Source: Deltaproteobacteria bacterium
Lineage (GTDB): Bacteria; Desulfobacterota; GWC2-55-46
Direction: 5' to 3'
Length of the DNA: 64,000 nt
NCBI GenBank assembly: GCA_016234855.1
Contig: JACRNO010000009.1
Coordinates: 33,651 to 97,650 of the forward strand
Within the stretch, counting starts at the first letter, position 1. Each line of letters begins with the position of its first letter. Of this stretch, positions 48,745-58,091 are shown in pieces. The notes below the pieces were generated by a model. The model made no database searches. It was given only the letters and a program-made list of their open reading frames with translations, and was not told the DNA's origin. The translations under genes and the position numbers were made by a program.

Positions 48745-49545
48745 TCAATAGTTACGCAATATTGCGTATATTCGCGCCATTAGCGGGTTCGTGTTGATGT
48801 AGAGCTGTTTTCTCAGCCAGGCCGCGTCCTTCTTGACCGCAATCCTGGGTATGAAGAGGGGGTCGCTTCCGGGTCTTGTTGCGCCGCGCCGCGTGGTGCA
48901 TACGGTCATGTATCCGGCAACGTCGGCCAGTTCCACGGCCTTCTGATTGTAGCGTCCCTTTGGCCAGCACAGGTGATTGCACGGCCTTCCGAGCTCGCGC
49001 TCGACGGCCGCTTTGGATACGGTCAGCGATTTTAAAAGCTCGTCAGGCGGCGTTGTGGCGCAGTCGCAGTGGTCGGCCGTATGCGAGTGGAATTCCACCA
49101 GACCGTTGGATTCGTCTTGCATCTGCCGGGCCATCGGCCAGGTCATGATCACCTTGCCGTATTCGCCGTTGGTTATGAGCCGTTTTGTTTCCGCGTGGTT
49201 TGGGCAGTTTGTTTGCGTTGCGTGAGACTTCTCCGCCGTTTCCGTTGCCCTGTCCACCCATCCGGTTACCAGAAAGATTGCCGCGCGTATGCCGTATTTT
49301 TTTAATACCGGCCAGGCGTGGATATAGTTGTCCAGGTATCCGTCGTCAAATGTTATGACGCAGCACTTTTCCTTTGGCGTAAACGTGCCTGCGATAAACG
49401 CGGCAGTCTCGTCAAGGCTGAGCGTCTTGTAGCCGCCTTCCTGGAGCGCGGCCATCTGGCCGTCGAAGACCTCGGGCGTGACGGTTATCATGTCCCCGGG
49501 GTTCGGGGCCACGTGGTGGTACATAAAGACCGGTATTGACGGCAT
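48745..49545 (-). CDS. Polysaccharide deacetylase (CE4/NodB-like)
   Basis: VFMYHH, ITFDDGYLDNY, FHSHTADH, LCWPKG. Confidence 0.9.
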   Translation of the reverse strand: MPSIPVFMYHHVAPNPGDMITVTPEVFDGQMAALQEGGYKTLSLDETAAFIAGTFTPKEKCCVITFDDGYLDNYIHAWPVLKKYGIRAAIFLVTGWVDRATETAEKSHATQTNCPNHAETKRLITNGEYGKVIMTWPMARQMQDESNGLVEFHSHTADHCDCATTPPDELLKSLTVSKAAVERELGRPCNHLCWPKGRYNQKAVELADVAGYMTVCTTRRGATRPGSDPLFIPRIAVKKDAAWLRKQLYINTNPLMARIYAILRNY

Positions 49546-49557
49546 AAGAAAACCCCT

Positions 49558-50655
49558 TCAGCCCCTGCGCCTTGCGGCCAGTTCGTTATACAGGGCGAAC
49601 ATCCGCTCGGCCATCCGCTCGGTGGTATAGCTCTCCTCGACCATCTTGCGCCCGGCCTGTCCCATCAAGTGAAGCCGCGTCCTGTCCCGCAGAAGCCGGA
49701 TTATAGCATCGGCGAGGGCGGCCGGGTCTTCCGGCGGGACAAGCGAGCCGGTGATGCCTTCTTTTACGACCTCGGGCACGCCGCCGACGGCCGAGGCCAC
49801 GACCGGCTTTTGCATGGCCGAGGCTTCGAGTATGGAGGTGCCGAGCGCCTCCTGAAGGGTCGGCAGGACAAAGAGGTCGAGCCCTTTCAATACGGCGGGC
49901 ACGTCAGGCCTAAGCCCGAGGAGCCGGACGTGCCTGCCGATGCCGAGTTCCCTTATCTGCTCTTCGATATTGTCCTTCTGCGGGCCGTTGCCCGCAAAGA
50001 CGAAGACGGCCTCGGGCACGGCCGCGGTTATCGCGGGTATCGCCTGTAAGAGGACGTGGTGGCCTTTCTTGCGCCTCAGAATGGCGACCACGCCGACGAT
50101 AACGGCGTCTTTGGCAAGCCCGAGCTCCGAGCGAAGGGTCTCTTTGGTCGAGTCCGGGTCGAACCTCTTGAGGTCCACGCCGGTCGGTATGCAGACGACG
50201 CGGCTTGTGTCGATACCCTTCTCGTTGACAAGATAGTCTCTCACGAACTCGCTGACCGTCACGACCCTGTGCGGCAGGCGCGAGTAGGTTATCTTCGAGG
50301 TTATGGGCAGAGCCAGGTGCCGGGTGCGGACGATTGCGGGCCTGCGCGACGAAAGACGCCCGGCAATCGCGCCGAGCAGGCTGTCGTCCCCGCTGTGCGT
50401 GCAGATGCAATCGACTGACTCGGCCTTTACAATCCGCATGATACGGCGAAGCGCCGAGATGTCCCGGTTGGAGCGCATATCGTGGCAGAAGACCTCGATG
50501 CCGGCCTCGATCGCCCGCGCCCTGAGTTTGCTCGCGGGCTTGCACAGGACGAGCGAGCGCGCGCCCAGGCGTTTCAAGCCCATGCACTCGTAGAGCGTCC
50601 TGTTCTCCTGTCCGCCCCATCCGAGGGATGATTCCGTGTGTAGTATCGTGAGCAT
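49558..50655 (-). CDS. GT4 glycosyltransferase
   Basis: HTESSLGWGGQE, THSGDDS, RRKKGH, LPTLQEALGTSILEA; start chosen at MLTIL because the longer ORF start lies inside the MITE end. Confidence 0.88.
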   Translation of the reverse strand: MLTILHTESSLGWGGQENRTLYECMGLKRLGARSLVLCKPASKLRARAIEAGIEVFCHDMRSNRDISALRRIMRIVKAESVDCICTHSGDDSLLGAIAGRLSSRRPAIVRTRHLALPITSKITYSRLPHRVVTVSEFVRDYLVNEKGIDTSRVVCIPTGVDLKRFDPDSTKETLRSELGLAKDAVIVGVVAILRRKKGHHVLLQAIPAITAAVPEAVFVFAGNGPQKDNIEEQIRELGIGRHVRLLGLRPDVPAVLKGLDLFVLPTLQEALGTSILEASAMQKPVVASAVGGVPEVVKEGITGSLVPPEDPAALADAIIRLLRDRTRLHLMGQAGRKMVEESYTTERMAERMFALYNELAARRRG

Positions 50656-50663
50656 CGTCCTGG

Positions 50664-50811
50664 CAGGCTGCTGAAAAAGTCTCATCTGCGTTGTTGTCCG
50701 ACCCGCGCCCCTTGGCGCGGGTACCCCGACTCGTCACTGCGGCGTATACACACAATACGCCTCATTCCTCGCTCCTCGACGCCTAGCATATGAAACTTTT
50801 TGAGCAGCCTG
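50664..50811 (-). mobile_element. 148-bp MITE-like element with 17-bp terminal inverted repeats
   Basis: caggctgctgaaaaagt ... actttttgagcagcctg (16/17 match); internal hairpins; no ORF for a transposase. Confidence 0.82.
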
Positions 50812-50838
50812 AATATATCCTATGTTTTTAATAAACTG

Positions 50839-51522
50839 TTAGTCATCCGTGCCGCGTTCCAGTCTTATTATCAGATGATCTCCAGCAAGCGCCTCTTTTG
50901 ACGCGAGTAGCTTTATGTACGCCGCCTTTGCCCTGTCCTTCTCGAATATCAGCCCGGCAAGGTATAGCCCTTTCAAAAATGGGTAGATGATTAGTGCCGC
51001 GCCCTTCATGTGCGACGTCGCGACCTCTTTGATTGCGAGGCGGTTCTTGATGCCGAGCGCGATGATATCCACGAGTGATATCGGGTGGTATACGACGGCG
51101 TCCCATCCCTTTGCCCCGTCCACCGTCCTTACCGGCTTGAAGAACGGGAAGTAGCCCCTCTGAAGGAAGTAGAGGCGCGAAGCGCCGTTCAGGATATTCG
51201 GCGTGCTTATGACGACGCTGCCGCCCGGTTTGACAGCGGCCGCGAACTCGCGCATGAGGCTGGCGTGGTTCTCAAGGTACTGCATCGACTCGCTGCACAG
51301 GACGTAATCGAACGAGGCCGGGGTAAAGGGCAAAGGCTGATTGAGGTCGGCCTTTACGAACCTGCCCCTTGCGCCGATCGAATAGAGGTCGAGGGAGAAG
51401 ACCTCAAACCCCTTTGCGCGCAGCTTCGTTGCGAGCTCGTCAGTGCCTGAGCCCGCGTCAAGGACCCTGCCCGGCCTGAGCCTGTCGAAGAAGCGTATGG
51501 TATCGGCCTGGTGTCTCTTCAT
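50839..51522 (-). CDS. Class I SAM-dependent methyltransferase
   Basis: VLDAGSG, DLNQPLPF...FDYVLCSESMQYLEN, VKPGG..VISTPN. Confidence 0.85.
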   Translation of the reverse strand: MKRHQADTIRFFDRLRPGRVLDAGSGTDELATKLRAKGFEVFSLDLYSIGARGRFVKADLNQPLPFTPASFDYVLCSESMQYLENHASLMREFAAAVKPGGSVVISTPNILNGASRLYFLQRGYFPFFKPVRTVDGAKGWDAVVYHPISLVDIIALGIKNRLAIKEVATSHMKGAALIIYPFLKGLYLAGLIFEKDRAKAAYIKLLASKEALAGDHLIIRLERGTDD

Positions 51523-51552
51523 CTGAGCGCCGTCTCTCTCTGCGCGTTGAGA

Positions 51553-52692
51553 TCAAATTTTCGCGAGTATGACATCAAGCACCTCTTCCGGCGTTATCTC
51601 GTCCAGGCATCTGCTCTTCTTTGTCCCGTCGCACCCGTCCTTGCCGCACGGCACGCAGTCCCACGCCTTCTGTATGACGACGTTCCTGCCGAACCGCTGC
51701 AACCCGGCCTTGAGCGGATAAGGCGAGCCCTCGCCCGGCTGCCTGCGCTCGAGCCATCTTGCGGCCTCGGCATTGTCCCACGGCCCCCAGTCGAATGCGC
51801 CGGAAGGGCCGAAGAGCGCCACGACCGGCGTGTTGGCTGCCGCGGCTATGTGCATCGGCGCGGAATCGACCCCGAAAAAGAGGGCTGCGCGCCTTGAGAG
51901 CGCGGCAAGCCCCTTGAGGCTGACCTTGCCGGACAGGTCAACGGGCTGTGTCTTCATGGCCCCGCATATCGCCGCCGATATCCTGCGTTCGGCCTGCCCC
52001 GGGCCCGTCGTTATCACCGTGCGAAGCCCATTGGCCTCAATGCCGTCGAGCACCGCTGCCATGCCGTCGGTTGTCCATGCCTTGAAGAGCCAGCGCGAGG
52101 CCGGATGGACGTGAACGAACGGCGTCTTTGCGTCTATGCCGTTGGCCTTCAAAAGTCCGTCTATGGCAGCCTCGTCTTGGGCCGAGGTATATATGTCAAC
52201 GGTCAGGTTGCGGGCCGGTATGCCGAAGGCCGCGGCTATGCCGCAGTCACGCATGACAGTATGCGTGCGGGGCGCTGGCCTCGGCGCAAGGTGCGTATAG
52301 AGCCGTCTTTTTCCGGCAAAGCCTGCCCCGGCCGGGTCATAGCCCAGCCTGTATCTCGCACCGCTTAAAAACCCGAGGAGCGCGGGCCTGTCCCCGCCCG
52401 TAAGGTCTACCGTCATGTCGAAGCGGCGTTTGCGCAGGTCCTTGACAAAACCGAGCTCATTCATTACGCGGCGCGGGGTGGATGCCTTTATCCGGCGGTC
52501 AAAGCAGATGACCTCCTCAAGCAGGGGGTTATCGGTAAGCATCTCTTCCGTGCCTGAGTTTACAAGGGCGGAAATACGCGCGCCGGGAAGGGCCTCGCCA
52601 AGCGCTCGTATGGCGGGCACCGTCAGAAGCACGTCTCCGATATGGCGAAGCTTTATGACGAGTATCTTTTTTACGTCCGTGAATCTATCCAC
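51553..52692 (-). CDS. GT9 putative LPS heptosyltransferase III (RfaQ-like)
   Basis: IKLRHIGDVLL, DLTGGDR, GVDSAPMHIAAA, FGPSG, CVPCGKDGC. Confidence 0.88.
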   Translation of the reverse strand: MDRFTDVKKILVIKLRHIGDVLLTVPAIRALGEALPGARISALVNSGTEEMLTDNPLLEEVICFDRRIKASTPRRVMNELGFVKDLRKRRFDMTVDLTGGDRPALLGFLSGARYRLGYDPAGAGFAGKRRLYTHLAPRPAPRTHTVMRDCGIAAAFGIPARNLTVDIYTSAQDEAAIDGLLKANGIDAKTPFVHVHPASRWLFKAWTTDGMAAVLDGIEANGLRTVITTGPGQAERRISAAICGAMKTQPVDLSGKVSLKGLAALSRRAALFFGVDSAPMHIAAAANTPVVALFGPSGAFDWGPWDNAEAARWLERRQPGEGSPYPLKAGLQRFGRNVVIQKAWDCVPCGKDGCDGTKKSRCLDEITPEEVLDVILAKI

Positions 52693-52744
52693 CGGTTATC
52701 CGTTGTCGATTGTCGGTTATGGCCATCTGTTACCGGATAACCGT

Positions 52745-53524
52745 TTATGGCCGCTTACCGGCCCCCCTGTCCATCTCCCATAGCTTGGCGTATTTCGAGA
52801 GCGTGTAGGATGCGTAGAGCCACGAGAGCATGATGCCGAGGGCCCCGTCCAGAAAGCCCAGTTTCAGAACGTACATCTTGAAGAAGGTGAAAAACGGTCT
52901 GAAGAGGAGGTCGCTGATGGAGGCGCGTCTGCCCTCTTCGCGCATCTCCTCCGCCGCAAGCGTGGAGTAGCGCTGCATCCGCTGGAGATAATCGGCCACG
53001 TCTTTATACGTCCTGTGTTCGAGCGCTCCTTTGAGGCGCCCGGCCGCACCTGTCACCTCGACGGCCTCGTGCACGCGCCTTTCAAGCCATCTGCCTGAGC
53101 CAGCCCGGTACAGGCGCAGGTTATAGTCCGGCCACCATCCGCAGTGGCGCACGCGGCGGTTTCCGAAGTAGTTCCTGCGCGGGATGTAGTAGCCGTTCGC
53201 GCTGCCCGGCGCATTGATAACGGCCGCTATCTCCTCGCGCAACTCGGGCGTGACCCGCTCGTCAGAGTCGATATTGAGTATCCATTCGCCTCGCGCGCGC
53301 GAGGCGCACAGGTTCTTCTGCGCGCCGAAGCCGAGCCACGCGTCCGAATGGACGGCGGCGCCGTACTCCGCGCATATCTCCCGCGTCCTGTCCGTCGAGC
53401 CTGAATCGGAGACGATTATCTCGTCCGCCCACCGGACGCTCTCAAGGCAGTCGCGGATATTGGCCTCTTCGTTCAGACAGATGATGGTGACGGATATGCC
53501 CGGTTTTGTTCTTTTCTGCGTCAT
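52745..53524 (-). CDS. GT2 beta-1,4-glucosyltransferase-like (KdtX/WaaE/LgtF type)
   Basis: ICLNEEANIRDCLESV, DSGSTD, WLGFGAQKN, IDSDERVT, VHE. Confidence 0.9.
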   Translation of the reverse strand: MTQKRTKPGISVTIICLNEEANIRDCLESVRWADEIIVSDSGSTDRTREICAEYGAAVHSDAWLGFGAQKNLCASRARGEWILNIDSDERVTPELREEIAAVINAPGSANGYYIPRRNYFGNRRVRHCGWWPDYNLRLYRAGSGRWLERRVHEAVEVTGAAGRLKGALEHRTYKDVADYLQRMQRYSTLAAEEMREEGRRASISDLLFRPFFTFFKMYVLKLGFLDGALGIMLSWLYASYTLSKYAKLWEMDRGAGKRP

Positions 53525-53543
53525 CTCTTCGCCGAAGCTCCGG

Positions 53544-53711
53544 TCAGATGGGTAAAGCCTCGTCTATCAGCATCACCGGGATATCGTCCTTTATGGGATA
53601 GACTATCCGGCAGCGCTCGCAGACCAGCCCGTCTTGTCCTTTGTTAACGACGACCTTGCCCTTGCACTTAGGGCACGCCAGTATTTCGAGAAGTTCCTTG
53701 TCAACGGTCAT
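53544..53711 (-). CDS. Trm112-family (UPF0434) small zinc-finger protein
   Basis: MTVDKELLEILACPKCKG...LVCERC...YPIKDDIPVMLIDEA; 55 aa, not in the ORF track. Confidence 0.9.
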   Translation of the reverse strand: MTVDKELLEILACPKCKGKVVVNKGQDGLVCERCRIVYPIKDDIPVMLIDEALPI

Positions 53712-53799
53712 GTCAGACCTCCGATGGTTCTATCAGGCCGCTATGCGGCCTGAACCTGTTGATTCCGGGCCGCGCATACGCGCATTGCCCGTTTTATTG

Positions 53800-54762
53800 T
53801 TACACCTCCACGCCGTCGGCCCCGGCCTTGCGTCCGCCCATGCGCAGGTACTCGATTCCGCCGATGAGGCTTACGACGGCCATGATAACAAACCACATGA
53901 GGGAAAGGGTCAGCGCCTGCTCTTTGGAGACCCCCGCCTTGGTGAAGAGATAGATGAAGGCGCCCTCGCGGATGCCGAGGCCGGAAAGGGAGATCGGGAG
54001 CATGGATATCGTCGTGGTCAGCGGTATGAAAAGGAAAAAATACCCGATGCCGATATCTATGCCCAGTTGTCTGCCGAGGAACCAATAGCCGAGCGTAACC
54101 CCGCTCTGGACGAAGAGCGAGCAGATGAATATCTTGACGAGTATGTCGCGTCTGGACTTGTAGCTCATAAGCACGTTGTAGAAGGTGTCTATCTTCTTGT
54201 TTATGCCGTAGAAGTGTATCCGCGCCAGTATGCGCATGGCCCAGTTGTGCAGCCCGCTGACCCACAGAACGAGGCTCCCGCAGATAAATCCGCCGATGAG
54301 TCCGGCGAAGAGCGCCGGCAGGCCTGTGCCGGATATGAGGGCGTACCCCGGTATGAGGGCTATGGCCGTTATGACCATCAGCGCGAGGAAGCCGGAGTAC
54401 CTGTCCATGAATATCGACGCGAACGAGACGTCGCCCCTTGCCGACGATTTGTAGAGGAAGTACCCCTTGACCAGGTCTCCGCCCACCATAGTCGGCAGGA
54501 AGTTGTTGAAGAACATGCCGATGAAGTATATCGAGAGCAGCCGCGGATACGGTATCGCCATGTCTTTACGCAGGATTATCGACCAGCGGAAGGTCGACAG
54601 GGACTGGTTGGCTATCAGTATGACGGCTACCGCGATTACCGCGGCCGGAGAGACCGAGATGACCGTGGCCCAGAATTGAGCGAGGTCGATGTTGCGGAAG
54701 AGCGCCCAGAGTATGACCCCGCTTATGCAAACCTTTACGACCGTGCCTGTCAGTCCCTTCAT
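53800..54762 (-). CDS. Lysylphosphatidylglycerol synthase TM-domain / flippase-like membrane protein
   Basis: FRW, YFIGMFFNNFLPTMVGGD..K, DRYSG, LPISLSGLGIREG. Confidence 0.85.
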   Translation of the reverse strand: MKGLTGTVVKVCISGVILWALFRNIDLAQFWATVISVSPAAVIAVAVILIANQSLSTFRWSIILRKDMAIPYPRLLSIYFIGMFFNNFLPTMVGGDLVKGYFLYKSSARGDVSFASIFMDRYSGFLALMVITAIALIPGYALISGTGLPALFAGLIGGFICGSLVLWVSGLHNWAMRILARIHFYGINKKIDTFYNVLMSYKSRRDILVKIFICSLFVQSGVTLGYWFLGRQLGIDIGIGYFFLFIPLTTTISMLPISLSGLGIREGAFIYLFTKAGVSKEQALTLSLMWFVIMAVVSLIGGIEYLRMGGRKAGADGVEV

Positions 54763-55707
54763 CTATTTACCCAGTACCTTCTTTACCGTGTATATTGGTT
54801 TACCCTGGGATTCGTGGTAGACCCTCGCCAGCATCTCTCCCAAAAGGCCCAGGACTATGAGCTGGACTCCGAGGATGAGCAGGAGGATGCCGAGAGACAG
54901 CAAAGGTCTGTTGCCGATGTTGTGGCCGAGGACGAGCTTCTCGAAGCTGAGATAGAGGCCTATTACGAAACCGGCCGCCCCGAGCACAAGCCCGACCGAG
55001 CCGAAGGCGTGTATCGGCCTGGTCGAGAAACTCTGGAGGAATTTTACCGTGATGAGGTCAAGCAGCACCCGAATCGTGCGGGATATGCCGTACTTCGACC
55101 TGCCGTACTGTCTTGCGTGGTGCGTCGTCTCCACTTCCGTGATGCTCGCGCCCACCCAGGAGGCCATCGCCGGGATGAAGCGGTGCATCTCGCCGTAGAG
55201 CCGGACGTCCTTGATGACCTCTTTTCTGTAGGCCTTGAGCGTGCAGCCGTAGTCGTGCAGCGCGACGCCCGTGACCTTCGATATGAGCCAGTTGGCCATT
55301 ATCGAAGGCAGCCTGCGCGAGAGGAACTTGTCCTGCCTGTTCTTCCTCCAGCCGCTCACGACGTCGAACACTTTGGCCTTCTCCAGAAGGCGCGGTATGT
55401 CGTTCGGGTCGTTTTGCAGGTCAGCGTCCATTGTGATGATGATATCCCCGCTTGCGTACTCGAACCCGGCGGCCATGGCCGCGGTCTGGCCGAAGTTCCT
55501 GCGAAACGATACGACGACGACGGCCGGGTCCTTCTTCTGTATCTCTTCGAGGACCTTGAAGCTCCTGTCGCGGCTTCCGTCGTCAATGAAGAGTATCTCG
55601 TATGTGCGGCCGAGCGGTTCCATTACGCCTTTTATGGACGCATACAGATGAGGGATGGACTCTTCCTCTTCAAAAACAGGGATTACGATAGATACCGACT
55701 CTTCCAA
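54763..55707 (-). CDS. Polyprenol-phosphate glycosyltransferase, GT2 (ArnC/GtrB-like)
   Basis: IDDGSRD, RRNFGQTAA, MDADLQNDP, DYGCTLKAYR, GEMHRFIP, two C-terminal TM helices; TTG start with GGAGG. Confidence 0.9.
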   Translation of the reverse strand: MEESVSIVIPVFEEEESIPHLYASIKGVMEPLGRTYEILFIDDGSRDRSFKVLEEIQKKDPAVVVVSFRRNFGQTAAMAAGFEYASGDIIITMDADLQNDPNDIPRLLEKAKVFDVVSGWRKNRQDKFLSRRLPSIMANWLISKVTGVALHDYGCTLKAYRKEVIKDVRLYGEMHRFIPAMASWVGASITEVETTHHARQYGRSKYGISRTIRVLLDLITVKFLQSFSTRPIHAFGSVGLVLGAAGFVIGLYLSFEKLVLGHNIGNRPLLSLGILLLILGVQLIVLGLLGEMLARVYHESQGKPIYTVKKVLGK

Positions 55708-55724
55708 AAAGACCTCCGTAAACT

Positions 55725-55733
55725 ATTATATCA
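55725..55733 (-). promoter_or_regulatory. Extended -10 internal promoter
   Basis: Minus strand TGA-TATAAT followed by GGAGG and the TTG start at 55707. Confidence 0.5.
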
Positions 55734-55822
55734 GCATTTGATGCGGTGCAGGGGTTGCTGCCTGACGGCACGCAATATCTGCATAGCGCCTATCAACCGG
55801 CAGGGCCGCTCGCCCTGCCGGT

Positions 55823-57370
55823 CTAAAACCGGTCTATCTCCCTTGAATCGTCTGTGCCTTTGAACCCCAGGCAGCGGAATATGGAAAATTCCTTGAGCAC
55901 GCGGCCGTTGTGATTGATGGTGAATATCTCCCGCTCGCAGCTTGCGAACCGGCCGGTCACCTCAGTCTCGGCCTCCGCCACCCCGCCCTTGACGTAGACG
56001 GCGTTATAACCTTTAAGCCCGCCGTAGCCGGGCCACAGGTCGTACTGGTTCATCCTGCGCTGGCCCGTGTATGCGTTATAAGTCACGGGGTTGCCGTCCG
56101 TGTAGAAGGCCAGCTCGCTCGATATCTGGTACGTGTCGCTCATGATGAAGACCTTGCCAACGGCGCTCATCTCGCTCCGTATCCGCGAGACCTCCGCCCC
56201 GAGCTCCTTCCACGCCGTGACCCTGTTAAACGGCGGGCCGTAGAGTATGCGCCTTGCGCCCATGGCCTCGAGGATAACCGGCTCATAGGCGAGCACGGAC
56301 CCGGCGGCGCAGATGACGAGCGCAACTACGGCCAATGTCTTCAATAGTTTTTTTGCGCCGCTCCTTTCATATAATTGTGCAAACGCCCACGGCGCGGCGG
56401 CAAATGCCCCGACGTAGGACGCTACAGCCCAGTTGCCCTGCACCTTGCCGTTGAGGCTCGCAAGCGTAAAGAATATGAAGAGCGGGGCCGAGGTGAAGAA
56501 GACGAGGAGCGGCAACGCCCGCCCTTGCCGCCTGCTCGTGGTAAAGCATTGCCACAGTCCGTAGGCCCCGGCCGCGAAGACAAGGGGCGTGATGAGCAGG
56601 ACTTGCGAACCCAGAAAGTCGAGAAGCTGTGATAAGGCCCGCGCCGCGCCGCCGGGCTCATTCTGCGCCGCGGCCCCCACGTGGACCTGCCCCATGGTAT
56701 GGAATATTGTAACCAATCCGTGCGAGATATTCCAGAAGATAACCGGGGTTGCGAGGGCCAGGCTTATGACCGCGGCCAGGTATGGCTCGCGCCGTTTAAG
56801 CCATGGCCGCTCCGGCTTTGAGAAGGCGAAGAAGAGGAGGAGGCACGGGTAGAAGAGCACCATCGTGTACTTGCCGAGGAACCCGAGGCCGACGGCGGCT
56901 CCGGTAAGATACCACCACCGGCTGTCCCTGCCTGACAAGGCCGCCTGCGCGCAGTAGACGGCCGCGGCCCAGAAGAAGATGAAGAGGACGTCGGTGGTCA
57001 TCAGTACCGAGCCTGCGGCGAATATCGGCACGATGTTGGCGAGCACGACGGAGTAAAGGGCCGTTTTCGAGTCCTTGAAGATATCGAGGGTCAGGAGATA
57101 GAGCAGGGTTGAGGCCGCCGCGCTGAAAAAGACCGCGCCGACGCGCACGCCAAAGGTAGTATCCCCGAATATGGAGGTGAAGAAGGCGATGACATACGCC
57201 ACGCCCGGCCCCTTGCTGTAATACGAGAGGTCGAGCCGTCGTGACCATTCCCAGTAGTGGGCCTCGTCCGGCGAAAGGTCGAACGGCCCGTATGCGACGT
57301 AGACCAGGCGTATCGCGGCAAAGAGCGCGATGAGCGCGAACGCCATCAGGTTATAGTTCTTCGTCTTCAA
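55823..57370 (-). CDS. GT-C membrane glycosyltransferase (GT39/ArnT-like)
   Basis: DLSPDEAHYWEWS, YYSKGPG, TTD, GFLGKYT, multiple TM segments. Confidence 0.88.
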   Translation of the reverse strand: MKTKNYNLMAFALIALFAAIRLVYVAYGPFDLSPDEAHYWEWSRRLDLSYYSKGPGVAYVIAFFTSIFGDTTFGVRVGAVFFSAAASTLLYLLTLDIFKDSKTALYSVVLANIVPIFAAGSVLMTTDVLFIFFWAAAVYCAQAALSGRDSRWWYLTGAAVGLGFLGKYTMVLFYPCLLLFFAFSKPERPWLKRREPYLAAVISLALATPVIFWNISHGLVTIFHTMGQVHVGAAAQNEPGGAARALSQLLDFLGSQVLLITPLVFAAGAYGLWQCFTTSRRQGRALPLLVFFTSAPLFIFFTLASLNGKVQGNWAVASYVGAFAAAPWAFAQLYERSGAKKLLKTLAVVALVICAAGSVLAYEPVILEAMGARRILYGPPFNRVTAWKELGAEVSRIRSEMSAVGKVFIMSDTYQISSELAFYTDGNPVTYNAYTGQRRMNQYDLWPGYGGLKGYNAVYVKGGVAEAETEVTGRFASCEREIFTINHNGRVLKEFSIFRCLGFKGTDDSREIDRF

Positions 57371-57935
57371 TAATCTCCCCGTTGCGGCAGTAGCGTTTGT
57401 CGTAGAGGGCGGCGGCCTTTATCTCGATGCGCGTCCATGCGAACGCGACGAGCGTTCCGACGCATGCCCCCGCGATGACATCGGCCGGGTAATGGACGCC
57501 GACGTAGACCCGCGAGTATGCGACGAGGGCGGCGAAGGTTAGGAACGCCGGGGCAAACCGCCTGTAGCGGAAGCTCAGAAAGACCATGGCCGCGAAGATA
57601 TTTGTCGCGTGCCCGGACGGGAGCGAGTACGACTTGGTGCACGCCACCACGAGCCGCACGTTGTCGAGGGCGCTGCAGGGCCTGGCCCTGCCTATGAGGT
57701 GCTTGAGTTCGTTAGTGAAAAAATCGCTCGATACGACCACGGCGACGAGGAGTGCGAGGCCTATGCGGTCGCGCCTCCTGCCGAGCACGAGTATCAGCAG
57801 GGCCGCGACGATGATTGCGCCGCTGAAGTTGAACTTCTCGGTCACGAACGGCATGAGGCTGTCGAGCCACGCCCCGGTCAGGCGGCCGTTGACGAGACGA
57901 AAGAGGGCTATGTCGATGTTTGCTATAGCGTCCAT
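57351..57935 (-). CDS. PAP2-family phosphatase (undecaprenyl-PP or lipid A phosphatase-like)
   Basis: KHLIGRARP, SLPSGH, SRVYVGVHYPAD. Confidence 0.92.
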   Translation of the reverse strand: MDAIANIDIALFRLVNGRLTGAWLDSLMPFVTEKFNFSGAIIVAALLILVLGRRRDRIGLALLVAVVVSSDFFTNELKHLIGRARPCSALDNVRLVVACTKSYSLPSGHATNIFAAMVFLSFRYRRFAPAFLTFAALVAYSRVYVGVHYPADVIAGACVGTLVAFAWTRIEIKAAALYDKRYCRNGEIIEDEEL

Positions 57936-58001
57936 TAAGGTGTTGGCTGCTCCATGTCAGGGGAACCCTGATTCAGTCCCTGTTTTGTCATTGCGAAGAT
58001 G

Positions 58002-58088
58002 CAGACCTGAAGGTCTGCGCTACAAGACCGTTGCCTGTAGCTCAGGGCTTTAGCCCTGATAAAAGTCAGACCTGAAGATCTGAGCTAC
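58002..58088. repeat. Cluster of three GTAG-family REPs
   Basis: cagacctgaaggtctgcgctac; gtagctcagggctttagccctga; tcagacctgaagatctgagctac; same family as 29559-29665 and 25468-25487. Confidence 0.78.
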
Positions 58089-58091
58089 GGT

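Noticed and set aside
50656-50685. N-terminal extension MRLFQQPART on the GT4 ORF
   Set aside because: Encoded by the MITE terminal repeat; the true start is more likely ATG 50655
52693-52745. Short degenerate repeats (ttgtcgattgtcggttat...ggataacc), similar to 15390-15460
   Set aside because: Too degenerate to define a family or function
53641-55863. 740-aa alternative-frame ORF on the minus strand
   Set aside because: Overlaps two well-supported genes in another frame and has no recognisable motifs; shadow ORF of GC-rich codon bias
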